A DNA stretch of 64,000 nt, taken from positions 2,287,323-2,351,322 of the forward strand of contig NW_024055461.1 in assembly GCF_902713615.1 (NCBI RefSeq), written 5' to 3'. The notes beneath the pieces were generated by a model. The model saw only the letters and a list, made by a program, of their open reading frames with translations. It was not told the DNA's origin and did not search any database. The translations under genes and the position numbers were made by a program. Below are positions 28,136 to 41,713 of the stretch, piece after piece; position 1 is the first letter of the stretch; every line of letters starts with the position of its first letter. This stretch comes from Scyliorhinus canicula (Eukaryota).

Positions 28136-29869
28136 TCCTGTCCCACCAGGGGCGACAACACTCTTGACCACTGCTACTCAAAAATCAAGGGCGCCTACCG
28201 TTCCATCCCCCGACCGCACTTTGGAAAATCAGACCATAAGACTGTGCTCCTTCTCCCGGCTTACAAGCAGAAACTCAAGCGGGAGAATCCAACTAAGAAG
28301 ATTGTGCAGTGCTGGTCCGAGGAGACAGAAGAGTTCTTATGTGACTGCTTATTGACAGTGGACTGGTCCATATTTAAGAACTCAGCGACTAACTTAAATG
28401 AGTATGTCACCACCGTCACAGACTTCATCACCAAATGTGTGGACGACTGCGTGCCAAAGAAAGCAGTACGTACGTTCCCCAACCGGAAGCCATGGCTCAA
28501 CGGCGAGATTGACTCCCTACTGAAGGACAGATCTGAGGCATTCAAGGCAGACGACACTGTCCTATACAAGAAATCCAGTTACGACCTCCGCAAAGCCATC
28601 CGAGATGCCAAGAGAGAATATCAAACTAAGCTAGAGTCACAGACAGAATATCGGTGGTTGTGGCAAGGACTAAACAACATAATGGGCTACAAAGCGAAGC
28701 CGAGCAGTATCTCTGGCAGCAGCGCACCCCTCCCCGATGAACTTAATGCATTCTATGCTCGGTTTCAGCAGGTAACCAACAACCCACTATCGAGTGCCCC
28801 AGCAACCCATAATTCACCCATACCCACCATCACAGTTTGCAAAGTCAGCTCGACCTTCCTGAAAGTGAACCCACGGAAGGCGACGGGCCCGGACGGGCTC
28901 CCTGGTCGGGCACTCAGAGCCTGCGCATACCAGCTGGCAGAGGTATTCACAGACATCTGTAACCTATCCCTACTCCACTCTGAGGTCCCCACCTGCTTCA
29001 GGAAGACCACCATCATACCGGTACCAAAGAAGAACCAGGCAACATGCCTCAATGACTACCGCCCGGTGGCCCTGACGTCAGTTGTAATGAAGTGCTTTGA
29101 GAGGCTGATCATGAAACGCATCACCTCCATACACCCGGAACGCCTTGACCCACTTCAATTCACATACCGTCGTAACTGGTCCACATCAGATGGAATTTCC
29201 CAGGCCCTACACTCATCCCTAGAGCATCACGAAAACAAGGACTCTGACATCAGATTCCTATTTATTCACTACAGCTCCGCCTTCAACACCATAATCCCAG
29301 CCAAGCTCATATCAAAGCTCCAAAACCTAGGACTTGGCTCTCCACTCTGAAACTGGAACCTTGACCTTCTGACCAACAGACCACAATCAGTAAGAATGAA
29401 CACCAACTGCTCCTCCACAATAGTCCTCAATACCAGTGCCCCGCAAGGCTGCATACTTAGCCCCCTACTCTACTCCCTGTACACACACGACTGCGTGGCA
29501 AAACTTGGTTCCAACTCCATCTGCAAGTTTGCTGACGATACGACCATAGTGGGCCGGATCTCGAATAACGACGGGTCCGAATACAGGAGGGAGATAGAGA
29601 ACCTAGTGGAGTGGCGTAACGACAACAATCTCTCCCTCAATGCCAGCAAAACTAAAGAGCTGGTCATCGACTTCAGGAAGCAAAGTACTGTACACACCCC
29701 TGTCAGCATCAACGGGGCCGAGGTGGAGATGGTTAGCAGTTTCAAATTCCTAGGGGTGCACATCACCAAAAATCTGTCCTGTTCCACTCACGTCGACGCT
29801 ATCACCAAGAAAGCACAACAGCGCCTATACTTCCTCAGGAAACTAAGTAAATTCGGCATGTCCACATTA

Positions 29870-30221
29870 AACATAGAACATAGAACAGTACAGCACAGAA
29901 CAGGCCCTTCGGCCCTCAATGTTGTGCCGAGCCATGATCACCCTACTCAAACCCACGTATCCACCCTATACCAGTAACCCAACAACCCCCCCCCCCCTTA
30001 ACCTTACTTTTATTAGGACACTACGGGCAATTTAGCATGGCCAATCCACCTAACCCGCACATCTTTGGACTGTGGGAGGAAACCGGAGCACCCGGAGGAA
30101 ACCCACGCACACAGGGGGAGGACGTGCAGACTCCACACAGACAGTGACCCAGCCGGGAATCGAACCTGGGACCCTGGAGCTGTGAAGCATTTATGCTAAC
30201 CACCATGCTACCCTGCTGCCC
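29870..30221 (-). mobile_element. Full-length V-SINE (HE1-like) inserted in Rex1
   Basis: Near-identical reverse complement of 51385-51728. Confidence 0.88.
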
Positions 30222-30231
30222 TTTTTTTTTT

Positions 30232-30425
30232 TCTCCAGCCCCTACACCCCTCCCTATCCCTGTAACTTCCTCCAGCCCCCAAATCCCTCCATATCTCTGT
30301 AACCTCCTGCAGCCCCTACACCCCTCCCTATCTCTGTAACCTCCTAAAGCCCCTAAATCCCTCCCTATTTCTGTAACCTCCTGCAGCCCCTACACCCCTC
30401 CCTATCTCTGTAACCTCCTCCACCT
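30232..30425. repeat. ~36-bp minisatellite, ~5 copies
   Basis: Repeats of cagcccctacacccctccctatctctgtaacctcct. Confidence 0.88.
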
Positions 30426-32754
30426 TACCTTACAGCTGCTTAACCTTACAGGCTTAAACCTTACCAACTTTTACAGATGCACTATAGAAAGCATCCTATC
30501 GGGCTGCATCACAGCCTGGTATGGCAACTGCTCGGCCCAGGACCGCAAGGAACTTCAGAGAGTCGTGAATAGTGCCCAGTCCATCACATGAACATGCCTC
30601 CCATCCATGGACTCTATCTACACATCCCGCTGCGGGGGAAAGCAGGCAGCATAATCAAGGATCCCTCCCACCCGCCTTACTCACTTTTCCAACTTCTTCC
30701 ATCGGGCAGGAGATACAGAAATCTGAGAACAGGCACGAACAGACTCAAAAACAGCTTCTTCCCCACTGTCACCAGACTCCTAAATGACCCTCTTATTGAC
30801 TGACCTCATTAACACTACACCCTGTATGCTTCATCCGATGCCAATGCTTATGTAATTACATTGTATACCTTGTGTTGCCCTACTATGTATTCTCATGTAT
30901 TTTCTTGTATTTTGTTTAATTCCCTTTTCTTCCATGTACTGAATGATCTGTTAAGCTGCTTGGAGAAAAATACTTTTCACTGTACCTCGGTACACGTGAC
31001 AATAAACAAATCCAAATCCAAATCCAAATAGCATCTGAACACAAGCAAGGCAGAAAAATATTTATAACTGGGCCTTCCCACTGCATTAGCTGCACGGTCA
31101 GAGCGGTTGGAAGCTGGGATTGTTTTTCTTATACCGAGCAGTTTCTGGGAGGCGTGTAAAAATGATCACAATTATGAAGGGTTTTATTTGATTAATTAGG
31201 AAGAAACTTGATTCACTGGCAGGAGAGTCAGGAATCAGCAGACACGAATTCATGAAATATTAAATCCCCCCTCTGATTATAAACCTATCAAATTGTAACA
31301 GGACTAGACAGGGCAGACGCAGAAAGGATGGTCCCGATGGTGGGGGAAGCTAGAATCAGGGGTCACTGACTAAGGATACGGGGTAAAATATTTAGGACTG
31401 AGATGAGGGGCAATATCTTCACCCTGGGAGTCGAGAGCCTGTGGAATTCTCTACCACAGAACGAAGTTAAGTCGAAAGTATTGTATGTTTTGAAGAAGGA
31501 GTTAGATATAGCTCTTGGGGATCAAAGTTCTGAAGGGACCAAATGATATGGATGAAAGTGGTAACAGGTTACTGAGGTGCCAAGATCAGAATGAACAGTG
31601 GAGCAGGCTCGAAGGGCAGAATGATTACTCCTGCTCTATTTTCTATGTCACTGTATTACATCAGATCTGTTACTCCTCATGTTGAATGAGACCCTGTCTT
31701 TCTCTCTATTAAAGTAACCCCTGTCCCTGTCTATACTACACTGTACTGTTTGTGTTGCACTCAATTAATAAGACACTAGAGCATGCATGGGATTATATTA
31801 CATTAAGTTCCGCCTCTTCTATACTCCACAGGAATTTGTATCTTTACATCTCACCAGGGCCTGTGTCTGTTGATATTACACCGGACCATGTTCCTGTTGT
31901 CTCTCGATTTATATTAACCAATAACCTGATGCACTGGCAGAGTTAGACAGAACCGTGTTCGCACAGTTTCGCCAGGATGGTAATGGAGGGCGCCCATAGG
32001 AGAAATATCCACCCAATCATACAACAATCATCCGGTTAAGAAGAGCAACTAAAATCGCTGCACAAACGTATTGGTCGTTCGTGTAGGTGTGAATATGAAA
32101 CATTTTTCTTAATTTTTGCAACTCCAATCGATCAAGACGTATTGTTATCTTCAGAATTATTTGGTTCACTTTGCGATGCCTTCATATGCCTCGGTCCTAA
32201 GTTCTGGTATTCATTCCCTACTCCTCTTTACCTCAATTCCCTTATTTTAATCATCCCATAACATGCCTCGTCAACCACGTTTTTGATAATCTGCCTTAAT
32301 AACTCTTTACACATGTTTAATCCAGACCCTGACCAGGAATGACTGCAATAGACCCTGCTCAGTTTATAATATTCTAGATCCTGTATCAATAATCACTGCT
32401 TTAGATCCTATGTCATTTAAGCTTAATCAATCTTTGTATCAGTAATCGCTGCACTAGAACCTGTCTTGGTTTATGGAAATCTGTACCCTGTATCAGTAAT
32501 CACTGCACGAGATTCAATCCCAATTTAGGTTAATTTAGGTTAGGTATTAGTGATTATTGTTTTTACCCTGTCATAGAGTCATGGAGTCTGAGAGTTGTAC
32601 AGGAAATAAAGATGCCCTTCCACCGATCAGCTCTGCGATGGCAATCAAGCACCTATCTATTCTAAGATCGTCCATATATGGTCTTCCTCCCATAAAATCA
32701 TAAAACATGGGAGCAGAACCCGGCCTTTCAGTCCATCCAGTCTGCTCCGCATTC

Positions 32755-33660
32755 AATCATGACTGTTATGTTTCTAATCCCCATTCTCCTGCCTTCTCCC
32801 CATAATCCCTGGTCCCCTCATTAATCAAGAGCCTGTCTATCTTTATCTTAAAGACACTCAATGATTTGGTCTCCACAGCCTGCTGCGGGACTGAGTTCCA
32901 CAGATTCAAGACCCTCTGGCTGAATAAATTGCTCCTCTTCTCAGTTTTGAAGGATCGTCTCTTAATCTGAGGCTGTGCCCTCGGGTTCTAGTTTCACCTA
33001 CTAGGCCTCTCGCTATTCTGTAAGTTTCAATGAGACCCCATTCCCACCCCCCCCCCCCCCCCCCAACCCCCCGCCCCGCGCCACAACACCCCCCCCCTCC
33101 TCACAGCACCCCATCCTACTAAACTCTATCCAGCACAGACCCAGAGTCCTCAAGCGCTCCTCATATGACAAGTTCGTCATTCCGAGGAACAGTCTTGTGA
33201 ATCTCCTCTGGAGCTTCTCCAAGGCCAGTACATCGTTTCTTAGATAAGGGGACCAAAACTGCTCACAATATTCCAAATGGGGTCTGACCGGAGCGTTATC
33301 GAGCCTCGACAGTTACATCCCTGCTCTTGTAATCTAGCCCTCGCAACACGAATTGCATTTGCCTTCCTAGCTGCCAACTGAACCCGCATGTTAACCTGAA
33401 GAGAATATTCAACTAGAATTCCTAAGTGCATTTGAGCTTCTGATTTCCTAAGCCCTGCCCCATGTAGAAAATACCCTTTGTTTCCTCCAAAGTGCAGAAC
33501 CTCTCACTTTTCTACATTGTATTCCATCTGCCACTTCTTTGCCCACTCGCATAGCCTGACCAGGTCATTTTGCAGCCTCTCTGCTTCCTCAGCACAACTT
33601 GTTCCTCCACGTATCTTTGCATCGTCTGAAAACGTAGAAACAGTGCCCTCAGTTCAAAAG
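32755..33660 (-). mobile_element. CR1 LINE 3' fragment
   Basis: EYCEQFWSPYLRNDVLALEKLQRRFTRL motif on the minus strand. Confidence 0.8.
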
Positions 33661-33829
33661 TAATAATAATTTTTTTTAGTAGCTTTTACATTATATCAGC
33701 TTTTAAAAGCTTTCGTATCCTTTGGCATCCCATTAATCTTCGCCATATTGTATGCTTATTCCATTGCTTTTATGCTGTTCTTGACTTCCCTTGTTACCAT
33801 GGATGCCCTGTCCTCATGCAACAGCCACA

Positions 33830-34440
33830 GGTTTGTCCTGGGTAGGATGGATGGTGGGTTCCAGAGCTGGCAGACGGCAGGCATCTGAAGGATGGGAGAT
33901 CTGTTCATAGACGGAAGCTTTCCCAGTTTGAAGGCGCTAGAGGACAAATTTAATCTGCCGCCAGGAAACGCCTTCAAATATCTGCAAGCACGAGCCTTCC
34001 TGAAAAAACATGTTGTGGCCTTTCCGACGCTGCCATCACCGAGGATACAGGACAGGGTGGTCTCCGGCACCTGGGTGGGTGAGGGGAAGGTGTCGGATAT
34101 CTACCAGGAACTACAGGAGGCGGAGGAAACCCCGGTGGAGCAGCTGAAGGGCAAGTGGGAGGACGAGTTGGTGAGGAGTTGGAAGCGGGTCTGTGGGCAA
34201 AGGTTCTGGGCAAGGTTAATTCCTCCTCATCATGTGCCAGTCTCAGTCTAATTCAATTTAAGGTGGTCCACCGGGCACACAAGACAGCAGCGAGAATGAG
34301 CAAGTTTTTTGGGGTAGAAGACAGTTGTATGAGGCGCAAGGGCAGCCCTGCAAACCATGTGCACACACAGGTTTTGGGCATGCCCGGAGCTTAGAGAGTT
34401 CTGGCAAGGGTTCACGAGGGCAAAGTCCAAGGTGCTTAAC
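33830..34440 (+). mobile_element. L1/Tx1-type LINE ORF2 C-terminal fragment
   Basis: FKYLQAR...IYQEL...KWEDEL...LIQFKVVHR...H..W.CP-like zinc-knuckle region in shifted frames. Confidence 0.65.
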
Positions 34441-34447
34441 CCACGGG

Positions 34448-35430
34448 TGGTTGAGAGGTGGCAAATAGTGTTCAATGCAGAAAAGTGTGAGATGATTCAT
34501 TTTGGAAGGAATAACAGGAAGACAGGGTAGTGTGCTAATGGGAAGAATCTTGGTAGTGTGGATGAGCAGAGAGATCTCGGTGTCCATGTACATAGATCCC
34601 TGAAAGTTGCCACACAGGTTGAGAGGGTTGTTAAGAAGGCATACGGTGTGTTAGCTTTTATTGGTAGAGGGATTGAGTTTCGGAGCCATGAGGTCATGTT
34701 GCAGCTGTACAAAACTGGTGCAGCCACATTTGGAGTATTGCGTGCAATTCTGGTCGCTGCATTATAGGAAGGATGTGGAAGCATTGGAAAGGGTGCAGAG
34801 GAGATTTACCAAGATGTTGCCTGGTATGGAGGGAAGATCTCAATTGACTTAATTGAGGCATACAAGATGATCAGAGGATTAGATAGGCTGGACAGTGAGA
34901 ACCATTTTCCTCGGATGGTGATGTCTAGCACGAGGGGACATAGCTTTTAATTGAGGGGATATAGATATAGGACAGATACCAGAGGTAGGTTCTTTACTCA
35001 GAGAGTAGTAAGGTCATGGAATGCCCTGCCTGCAACAGTCGTGGACTCGCCAACACTTAGGGCATTCAAATGGTAATTGGATAGACATATGGACGATAAG
35101 AGAATAGTGTAGATGGGATTTAGAGTGGTTTCACAGGTCGGCGCGACATCGAGGGCCGAAGGCCTGTACTGCGCTGTAATGTTCTATGTTCAAAGAGTGG
35201 TGAGCCTGTGGAATTCATGACCACAGGAAATAGTTGATCCCAAAACATTGAATACATTCAAGAGGCGGCTGGATATAGCGCTTGGGGAGAATGGGATCAA
35301 AGGCTATGGGAAGAAAGCAGGATGAGGCTATTGAGTTGGATGATCAGCCATGATCGTGATAAATGACGGAGCAGGCTCGAAGGGCCAAAAGGCCTCCTCC
35401 TGCTCCTAACTTCTATGTATCTATGTATGT
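34448..35430 (+). mobile_element. Two adjacent CR1 3' fragments
   Basis: QRDLGVHVHRSLKVATQV...[10 protein letters not shown] motifs; gttctatgttc tail near 35190, then a second CR1 3' UTR. Confidence 0.82.
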
Positions 35431-36419
35431 AATCCTCTTCCCTGTTTACTGCATTTCCAATTTGGGAAACATATGCAACTTTTCAATTGATATCCTGTGA
35501 ACCCGAGTCCCGAGTCCTGTCTATTAATATATAGCAGAAAAAGCAGTGCTGCTAATATTACCCACTGGAGAATAACACTCTGTATCTCACCCAATCTGAA
35601 ACAATTGTTAACATCTACACTGTATTCTGTCCCTTAGTCGCTGTTCTACACATTCTGCTACTGCCCCTTTCATCACCTGAGCATCCGTTTTGCTCACTTT
35701 TCAAATATGACACAGACATTAAGACATTGGTCCCAGACCTTACCATTCCCTGCGTCCCACCAGAATTCCAAGGACAGCTTTAGTAACGCTCTGCTTCGCT
35801 AAACTATTCCGTCAATTTCTCGCAGGTCAGGTACAGGACGGGGTCGTATACAGAGCAAACTTTCCTGCACACTGAACCAGCAAACACTCTCAGGCCATAT
35901 GCGTCACAGATTTGGATAAAGAAGAAAACTTCCTAAAACCTGTCCCATTATATACTCCCAGGGCCTCAACAGTAAACATTTAGTTACTGAGTGAATTTCC
36001 CTGAACAAGCTCCCCTCAAATACTCGAAGGACAGGTGCAGTACAGAGGAAAGCCCCTCCACAACATCCGCCATCTAACATGTGAAGGACGGGTAAAGCGC
36101 ATGTGAGGAACAGAGTAAAGCTTCCTCTTTGCCCTACCATCAGATACTTGCAGAGCAGGAGAAACGCAGGGTATGTGGAGAGTAAAGTACCCCACACCCC
36201 GTCCCATTAATTGGTGTGTAAAACCAAGGAATTATTTGTGCAGGAGTTTGGTGTGAAAATGTCCACGCACACGGACAAACACGCAGAAAAAACGCACATC
36301 TGTCTGAATGTATATAATCTCAACCGTGTAACGGTGAACACCACACTCGGCCCTACATTGATTAACATTAATCTTGGGCCGACCCTGCAATCGATCCTGT
36401 CTCGCTTTGAACGAATGTA

Positions 36420-36885
36420 TACATATGTCTAACATATGATGAACGGCTGAGGATCCTGGGATTGTATTCATTGGAGTTTAGAAGGTTAAGGGGAGATCTA
36501 ATAGAAACTTACAAGATAATACATGGCTTAGAAAGGGTGGACGCAAAGAAACTGTTTCCGTTAGGCGAGGAGACGAGGACCCGTGGGCACAGCCTTAGAA
36601 TTAGAGGGGGCAAATTCAGAACAGAAATGCGGAGACATTTCTTCAGCCAGAGAGTGGTGGGCCTGTGGAATTCATTGCCGCGGAGTGCAGTGGAGGCCGG
36701 GACGCTAAATGGCTTCAAGGCAGAGATAGATAAATTCTTGATGTCGCGAGGAATTAAGGGCTACGGGGAGAATGCTGGTAGGTGGAGTTGAAATGCCCAT
36801 CAGCCATGATTGAATGGCGGAGTGGACTCGATGGGCCGAATGGCCTTACTTCCACTCCTATGTCTTATGGTCTTATGGTCTTATA
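36420..36885 (+). mobile_element. CR1 3' fragment
   Basis: YSLEFRRLRGDLIETYKII ORF 36462..36791 and (CTTATGGT)n tail. Confidence 0.85.
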
Positions 36886-37290
36886 CCCTGAATCAGTAAT
36901 CACTGCATTAGACCTTATCTCAGTTTTCGTGAAGCTAGACACTGCATCAATAATTACGGCACTAGAATCGGTCTCACTTTATATTAATCTCGACGCTCTA
37001 TCAGCAATTAGTGCTCTAGAACCCTGTCTAAATTTACATAATTGAAGACCCGCTCCCCTCAGAAATCACTACACTCGGCCTTGTCTCAGTTGAGATTAAT
37101 GTAGACCCTGTACCAGGAATTATTGTACTAGACCCTGTTTCAGTTTATATCTAATTTAGGCTTTGTTGCATTACATAGAACCATAGAAGTATAGAAGCAT
37201 AGACAATAGGTGAAGGAGTAGGCCGTTCGGCCCCTTGAACCTGCTCTTCCATTCATTCTGATCGTGGCTGATCATCCAACTCAGTGAACC

Positions 37291-37985
37291 GCTCCTTCCT
37301 CAGGTGAATGAAGACGTATGTTCCAGAAACATATATACACACAAATTCAAAATATGCAAGACAATGCTTAGAATGCGAGCATATGTAGGTAATTACGTTT
37401 TTACAGATCCAGAGATAGGGGTAACCCCAGGTTAAAGAGGTGTGAATTGTCTCAAGCCAGGACAGTTGGTCGGATTTCGCAAGCCCAGGCCAGATGGTGG
37501 GGGGAAATGTAATGCAACATGAATCCCAGGACCCGCTCATGTGTGCGGAACTTGGCTATAAGTTTCTGCTCGGCGATTCTGCATTATCGCGCATCCTGAA
37601 GGCTGACTTGGAGAACGCTTACCCGGAGATCAGAGGCTGAAGTGTTCCCCAACTGGAAGGGAACATTCCTGCCCGGGACGCCCCCCCCCCCCCCCCACCA
37701 CCACCACCACCAACTGGCCTGGGCTTGCGAAATCCGACCAACTGGCCTGGCCTGAGACAATTCACACCTCATAAGCTGGGGTTACCCCTATCTCTGGATC
37801 TGTAAAGACTTAACTCCCTGCAAATGCTCGCATTCTAAGCATTGTCTTGCACCTTTGAATTTGTCTATATATATATATGTTTCTGGAACATACCACTTCA
37901 TTCACCTGAGGAAGGAGCAGTGCTCCGAAAGCTAGTGTTTGAAGCAAACCTGTTGCACTTTAACCTGGTGTTGTAAGACTTCTTA
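37291..37985. mobile_element. Penelope-like element remnant with ~220-bp inverted arms
   Basis: 37291-37505 is the reverse complement of ~37690-37918; followed by the tttaacctggtgttgtaagac end motif also seen at 19231. Confidence 0.65.
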
Positions 37986-39416
37986 TAATATTAATCGTGC
38001 AATGGGTTACATCTCATTTATTACTACACTCCTCCATATCTCTGTTTAAAATAAAATAGGTCCTTTCTCAGTTCTCTCTAAATTGGATCCTCTCACTGTT
38101 TATATCTTTCGATATTATTCCAGTTATTAATGCATTAGCTCATGCTTCTGTGGCCTGTATAATTTACTCTAGTTGAGTTTTTACTTGTAGTTAGACGATG
38201 TATTTATTTTTATTTTACTGCACATTGTGTTTCGTAGTATTACATTAATCCCTGCTTCAGTTATCACTGTACTTAACCGTATAACAAGTATTATTACCCT
38301 GGGTCTTGACTCTAGAATGATTGAACAGGACGATGTTTCGTTTTATCTTTCCCTCAGCATTGTACCTGTGTAGAGAATGCTATCGACAGTTAAACATTTA
38401 AATAAGTAAGGCCATGTTTTAATACATACTACAATACATCCTTTCTCAGTTATGACTGCACGAGACTGTGTTTACTGCTTTAGCAAATAGTTGCCGTCTA
38501 ATTCACAAATGCACTGAGCAACATCTCTCTCTACTGCAATTGACTCTTTTTAATCATTGCATTAGACCTTATATCTGTTAATATTACATTATGTGCGGAT
38601 TAATGAATTGATGCATGAATCCATGCTGCTGCACATGTTAGAAGTCGCCATTTCGGAGCAGTTGTTCAACTGAACCAAGTCTCCATTTATATTATGTTAA
38701 GCCTACTCTCTGATATTATTTTGTTAGACTCTGTTTCATTCACGGCTGAAGTCTTGCCCCACAGAATAATGCAACAGATTTATTTTCATTGATTACCGTA
38801 CAATCAATATCCCGGGGGTTGTCATTGACCGGAAACTGAACTGGACAAGCCAGACGAATGCTGTGGCTGCCAGAGCAGTTCAAAGTGTAGAAATCCTGTG
38901 GCGCGTAACTCACATCCTGATTGCCCAAAGCCTGTCCATCATCTGCTGGGCAAAAGTCTGAAGTGTAATGGAATACTCTCCACTTGTCTGGAGTGCAGCT
39001 TCAACAAATCTCAAGAAGCTTTGCACCATCCAGGACAAATCAGTCGCTTGATTGTTGCCATCTGCAAGATTTACTGTTGGAACTAATAAATGTTTCATAT
39101 TCAGCACCTACTAGACCCACGGCTACGACCATCAACAAGGATCAGAGCAGCAGATACTTTGGAACACCACCAACTGGAGATTCCTCTCCAAGTCACTCAA
39201 CACTTTGACTTGGATATATATTGCCATTTCTTCACCGTGGCTGGGTGAAAATACTGGATTTCTCTCGCTAATACAGTATGGGCGTAACTGCATATCAGGG
39301 ACTGCAGCGATTCAAGGCGGCAGCTCACCACCACCTTCTGAATGGCAACTTGGAATGGGCCATAATTGCTGACCAATCAGTGGCGCCATATCGCGCAATT
39401 GAATGAAAAAAATAAA

Positions 39417-39956
39417 NNNNNNNNNNNNNNNNNNNNNNNNNNNNNNNNNNNNNNNNNNNNNNNNNNNNNNNNNNNNNNNNNNNNNNNNNNNNNNNNNNNN
39501 NNNNNNNNNNNNNNNNNNNNNNNNNNNNNNNNNNNNNNNNNNNNNNNNNNNNNNNNNNNNNNNNNNNNNNNNNNNNNNNNNNNNNNNNNNNNNNNNNNNN
39601 NNNNNNNNNNNNNNNNNNNNNNNNNNNNNNNNNNNNNNNNNNNNNNNNNNNNNNNNNNNNNNNNNNNNNNNNNNNNNNNNNNNNNNNNNNNNNNNNNNNN
39701 NNNNNNNNNNNNNNNNNNNNNNNNNNNNNNNNNNNNNNNNNNNNNNNNNNNNNNNNNNNNNNNNNNNNNNNNNNNNNNNNNNNNNNNNNNNNNNNNNNNN
39801 NNNNNNNNNNNNNNNNNNNNNNNNNNNNNNNNNNNNNNNNNNNNNNNNNNNNNNNNNNNNNNNNNNNNNNNNNNNNNNNNNNNNNNNNNNNNNNNNNNNN
39901 NNNNNNNNNNNNNNNNNNNNNNNNNNNNNNNNNNNNNNNNNNNNNNNNNNNNNNNN
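39417..39956. other. Assembly gap (540 N)
   Basis: Run of n. Confidence 0.99.
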
Positions 39957-40860
39957 GAAACAAAGATGCAATTTCATTTTGAATATACTAAATGCTTTTT
40001 ATTCGTTCATGGGATGTGGATGTCGCTGTCTGATCCTGCAGTTCTCACCCATCCCTGAGGGCATTTCAGAGTCAACCACATTGCTGTGGAGTCATCTGGA
40101 GTCATATGTAGGTCAGAGTAGTTAAGGGCGACAGATATCCTTCCCTGAAGGACATCAGTGAACCAGATGGGTTTTGATTACACCGAACACTGGTTTCATG
40201 GTCATCATTAGACTTTTAATTACAGATCTTTTTTGTTTCAAATTTCACCACCTGGCATGGTGCAAACCCGGGTCCCCAGAGCTTGACTCTGGGTCTCTGG
40301 ATTACGAGTCCAGCGACAATACCACTGCGCCACTGCCTTCTGCGTGGAAAGGGGTCTCACTTGTGTTTGGAAGAATACATTTTGTCGTCTCAATAACTAT
40401 TAGCTGTTATGGAAGTTCGTCGCAAAGGCAAATACATCCTTAAAACTCCTGCCGATCTGTTCTCATCTCTTTGCTTCAGACTTCACCTAGATTAATTAAT
40501 GTCTCTATTCTCTCTCAGACTTAATTCACTTACAAAAGCATAATGAATAAGTATTTGGTGTTGTGTGATTGGTCTGGTAATGGGTGTGTAATATTTTGCT
40601 GTAAGGTTGGAGCGAATCTTGTGCCATTCACTTCATCACCAGGCTGAGGAACAGAAACACAGGAGCCATATTGAACTTCACATTGCACAACACAGTCACA
40701 AACTCCATTGTGTAGGATATGACTAATTCAGCCTTGTGTTCATCTGTGGCAATTACCCACTGTTTCCTTTCATGGTCCGAATTGTCTTTCACCCGTTTTG
40801 CTGGATGGATTTATGTTTGCTTTTGGTGTGGCCACTGATTATGAGAGACAGAGTCTGAAA

Positions 40861-40935
40861 CTGTGTGTGTGTATGTGTGTGTGTATGTGTGTGTATGTGT
40901 GTGTGTGTGTGTATGTGTGTGGGTCTGTGTGTGTC
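40861..40935. repeat. (TG)n microsatellite
   Basis: tgtgtgtgtgtatgtgtg run. Confidence 0.9.
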
Positions 40936-41713
40936 TATGTACGCGCCTGTATGTCTATATGGGCTGGTTAGTCTGGAACACATCATTATTCATTGTTTGT
41001 AAAATGGCGTTGCCAATAATTGCAATTATTTTTCAGCAGATGACGACATTTTATTGAGATTACCTTCCACATCCTATGCTGCCCCTAATATGTACTTGTA
41101 ATGTATTGTCTTGAGTGATCTAGACAGTAATATCAAGCTGTCCATTCCACTGAAAAGACAAATATATCTTTCACGTTACTTACATATCGGTTCAGCTCGC
41201 TTTCTCTGTCTCAGGCTGCACCTAAATCAGTTGAACCCTCTTCTCTCTCTCAGACTTAACTCACTCACGCAGGCACACAGCAGCCGAGTCTGGAACCTAG
41301 TGTTTAAATGGCACCTCGTGTTTAAATCTTTTTTACTGAAGGCACTTCTGAAAATAATTAAGCACCAAAACGTCATCAGAGGAAAATTCTGTGCCAGAAA
41401 GGCACCAGCTCATTCACTTAACCGCTCTCCCGCCCCCCCCCCTCTCGCTCTGACATCAAATGCCTTCAAACTTTCTACATTAGTATAACCTCTGTTAACA
41501 GATTGTTGCTTTAATTTCCCTTCATGTCTCCAGATTATTATTTGTATTATGACCAGTGAAGATCATCTGTGCATCTCCCGATCGGTTACTGTGTTTTTAA
41601 ACAAATAATATAACTTTTTCAAGGGAATGGGAATGGAGGCGAATGTAATGCTAAGGCCGGCAGCAATCTGTGTGGGTGTTCTTGATGCTGTCAGAGTGAG
41701 TTCACCCTCACAG

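Larger units (their letters stand above)
24822..31028 (+). mobile_element. 5'-truncated Rex1/Babar-type LINE in three pieces (24822-24880, 28136-29869, 30420-31028)
   Basis: Reconstructs FNKANLKSVLPKFHQHIS|CPTRGDNTLDHCY (APE end), RT motifs YRPVALT, QGCILSP, KFADD; (CCAAAT)n tail at ~31010-31028. Clade call is from motif recognition only. Confidence 0.8.
21600..32830. repeat. Copy 2 of the tandem duplication, interrupted by Rex1/CR1/SINE insertions
   Basis: Matches copy 1 up to ~24820; caaatagc at ~31025 continues the broken site; collinear again from ~31850. Confidence 0.75.

Noticed and set aside
28049-29350. 433-aa ORF as a host gene
   Set aside because: Read-through from the CR1 tail into a broken Rex1-type ORF2.
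39312-40125. Long ORFs of 212-240 aa
   Set aside because: Artefacts of translating the N gap.
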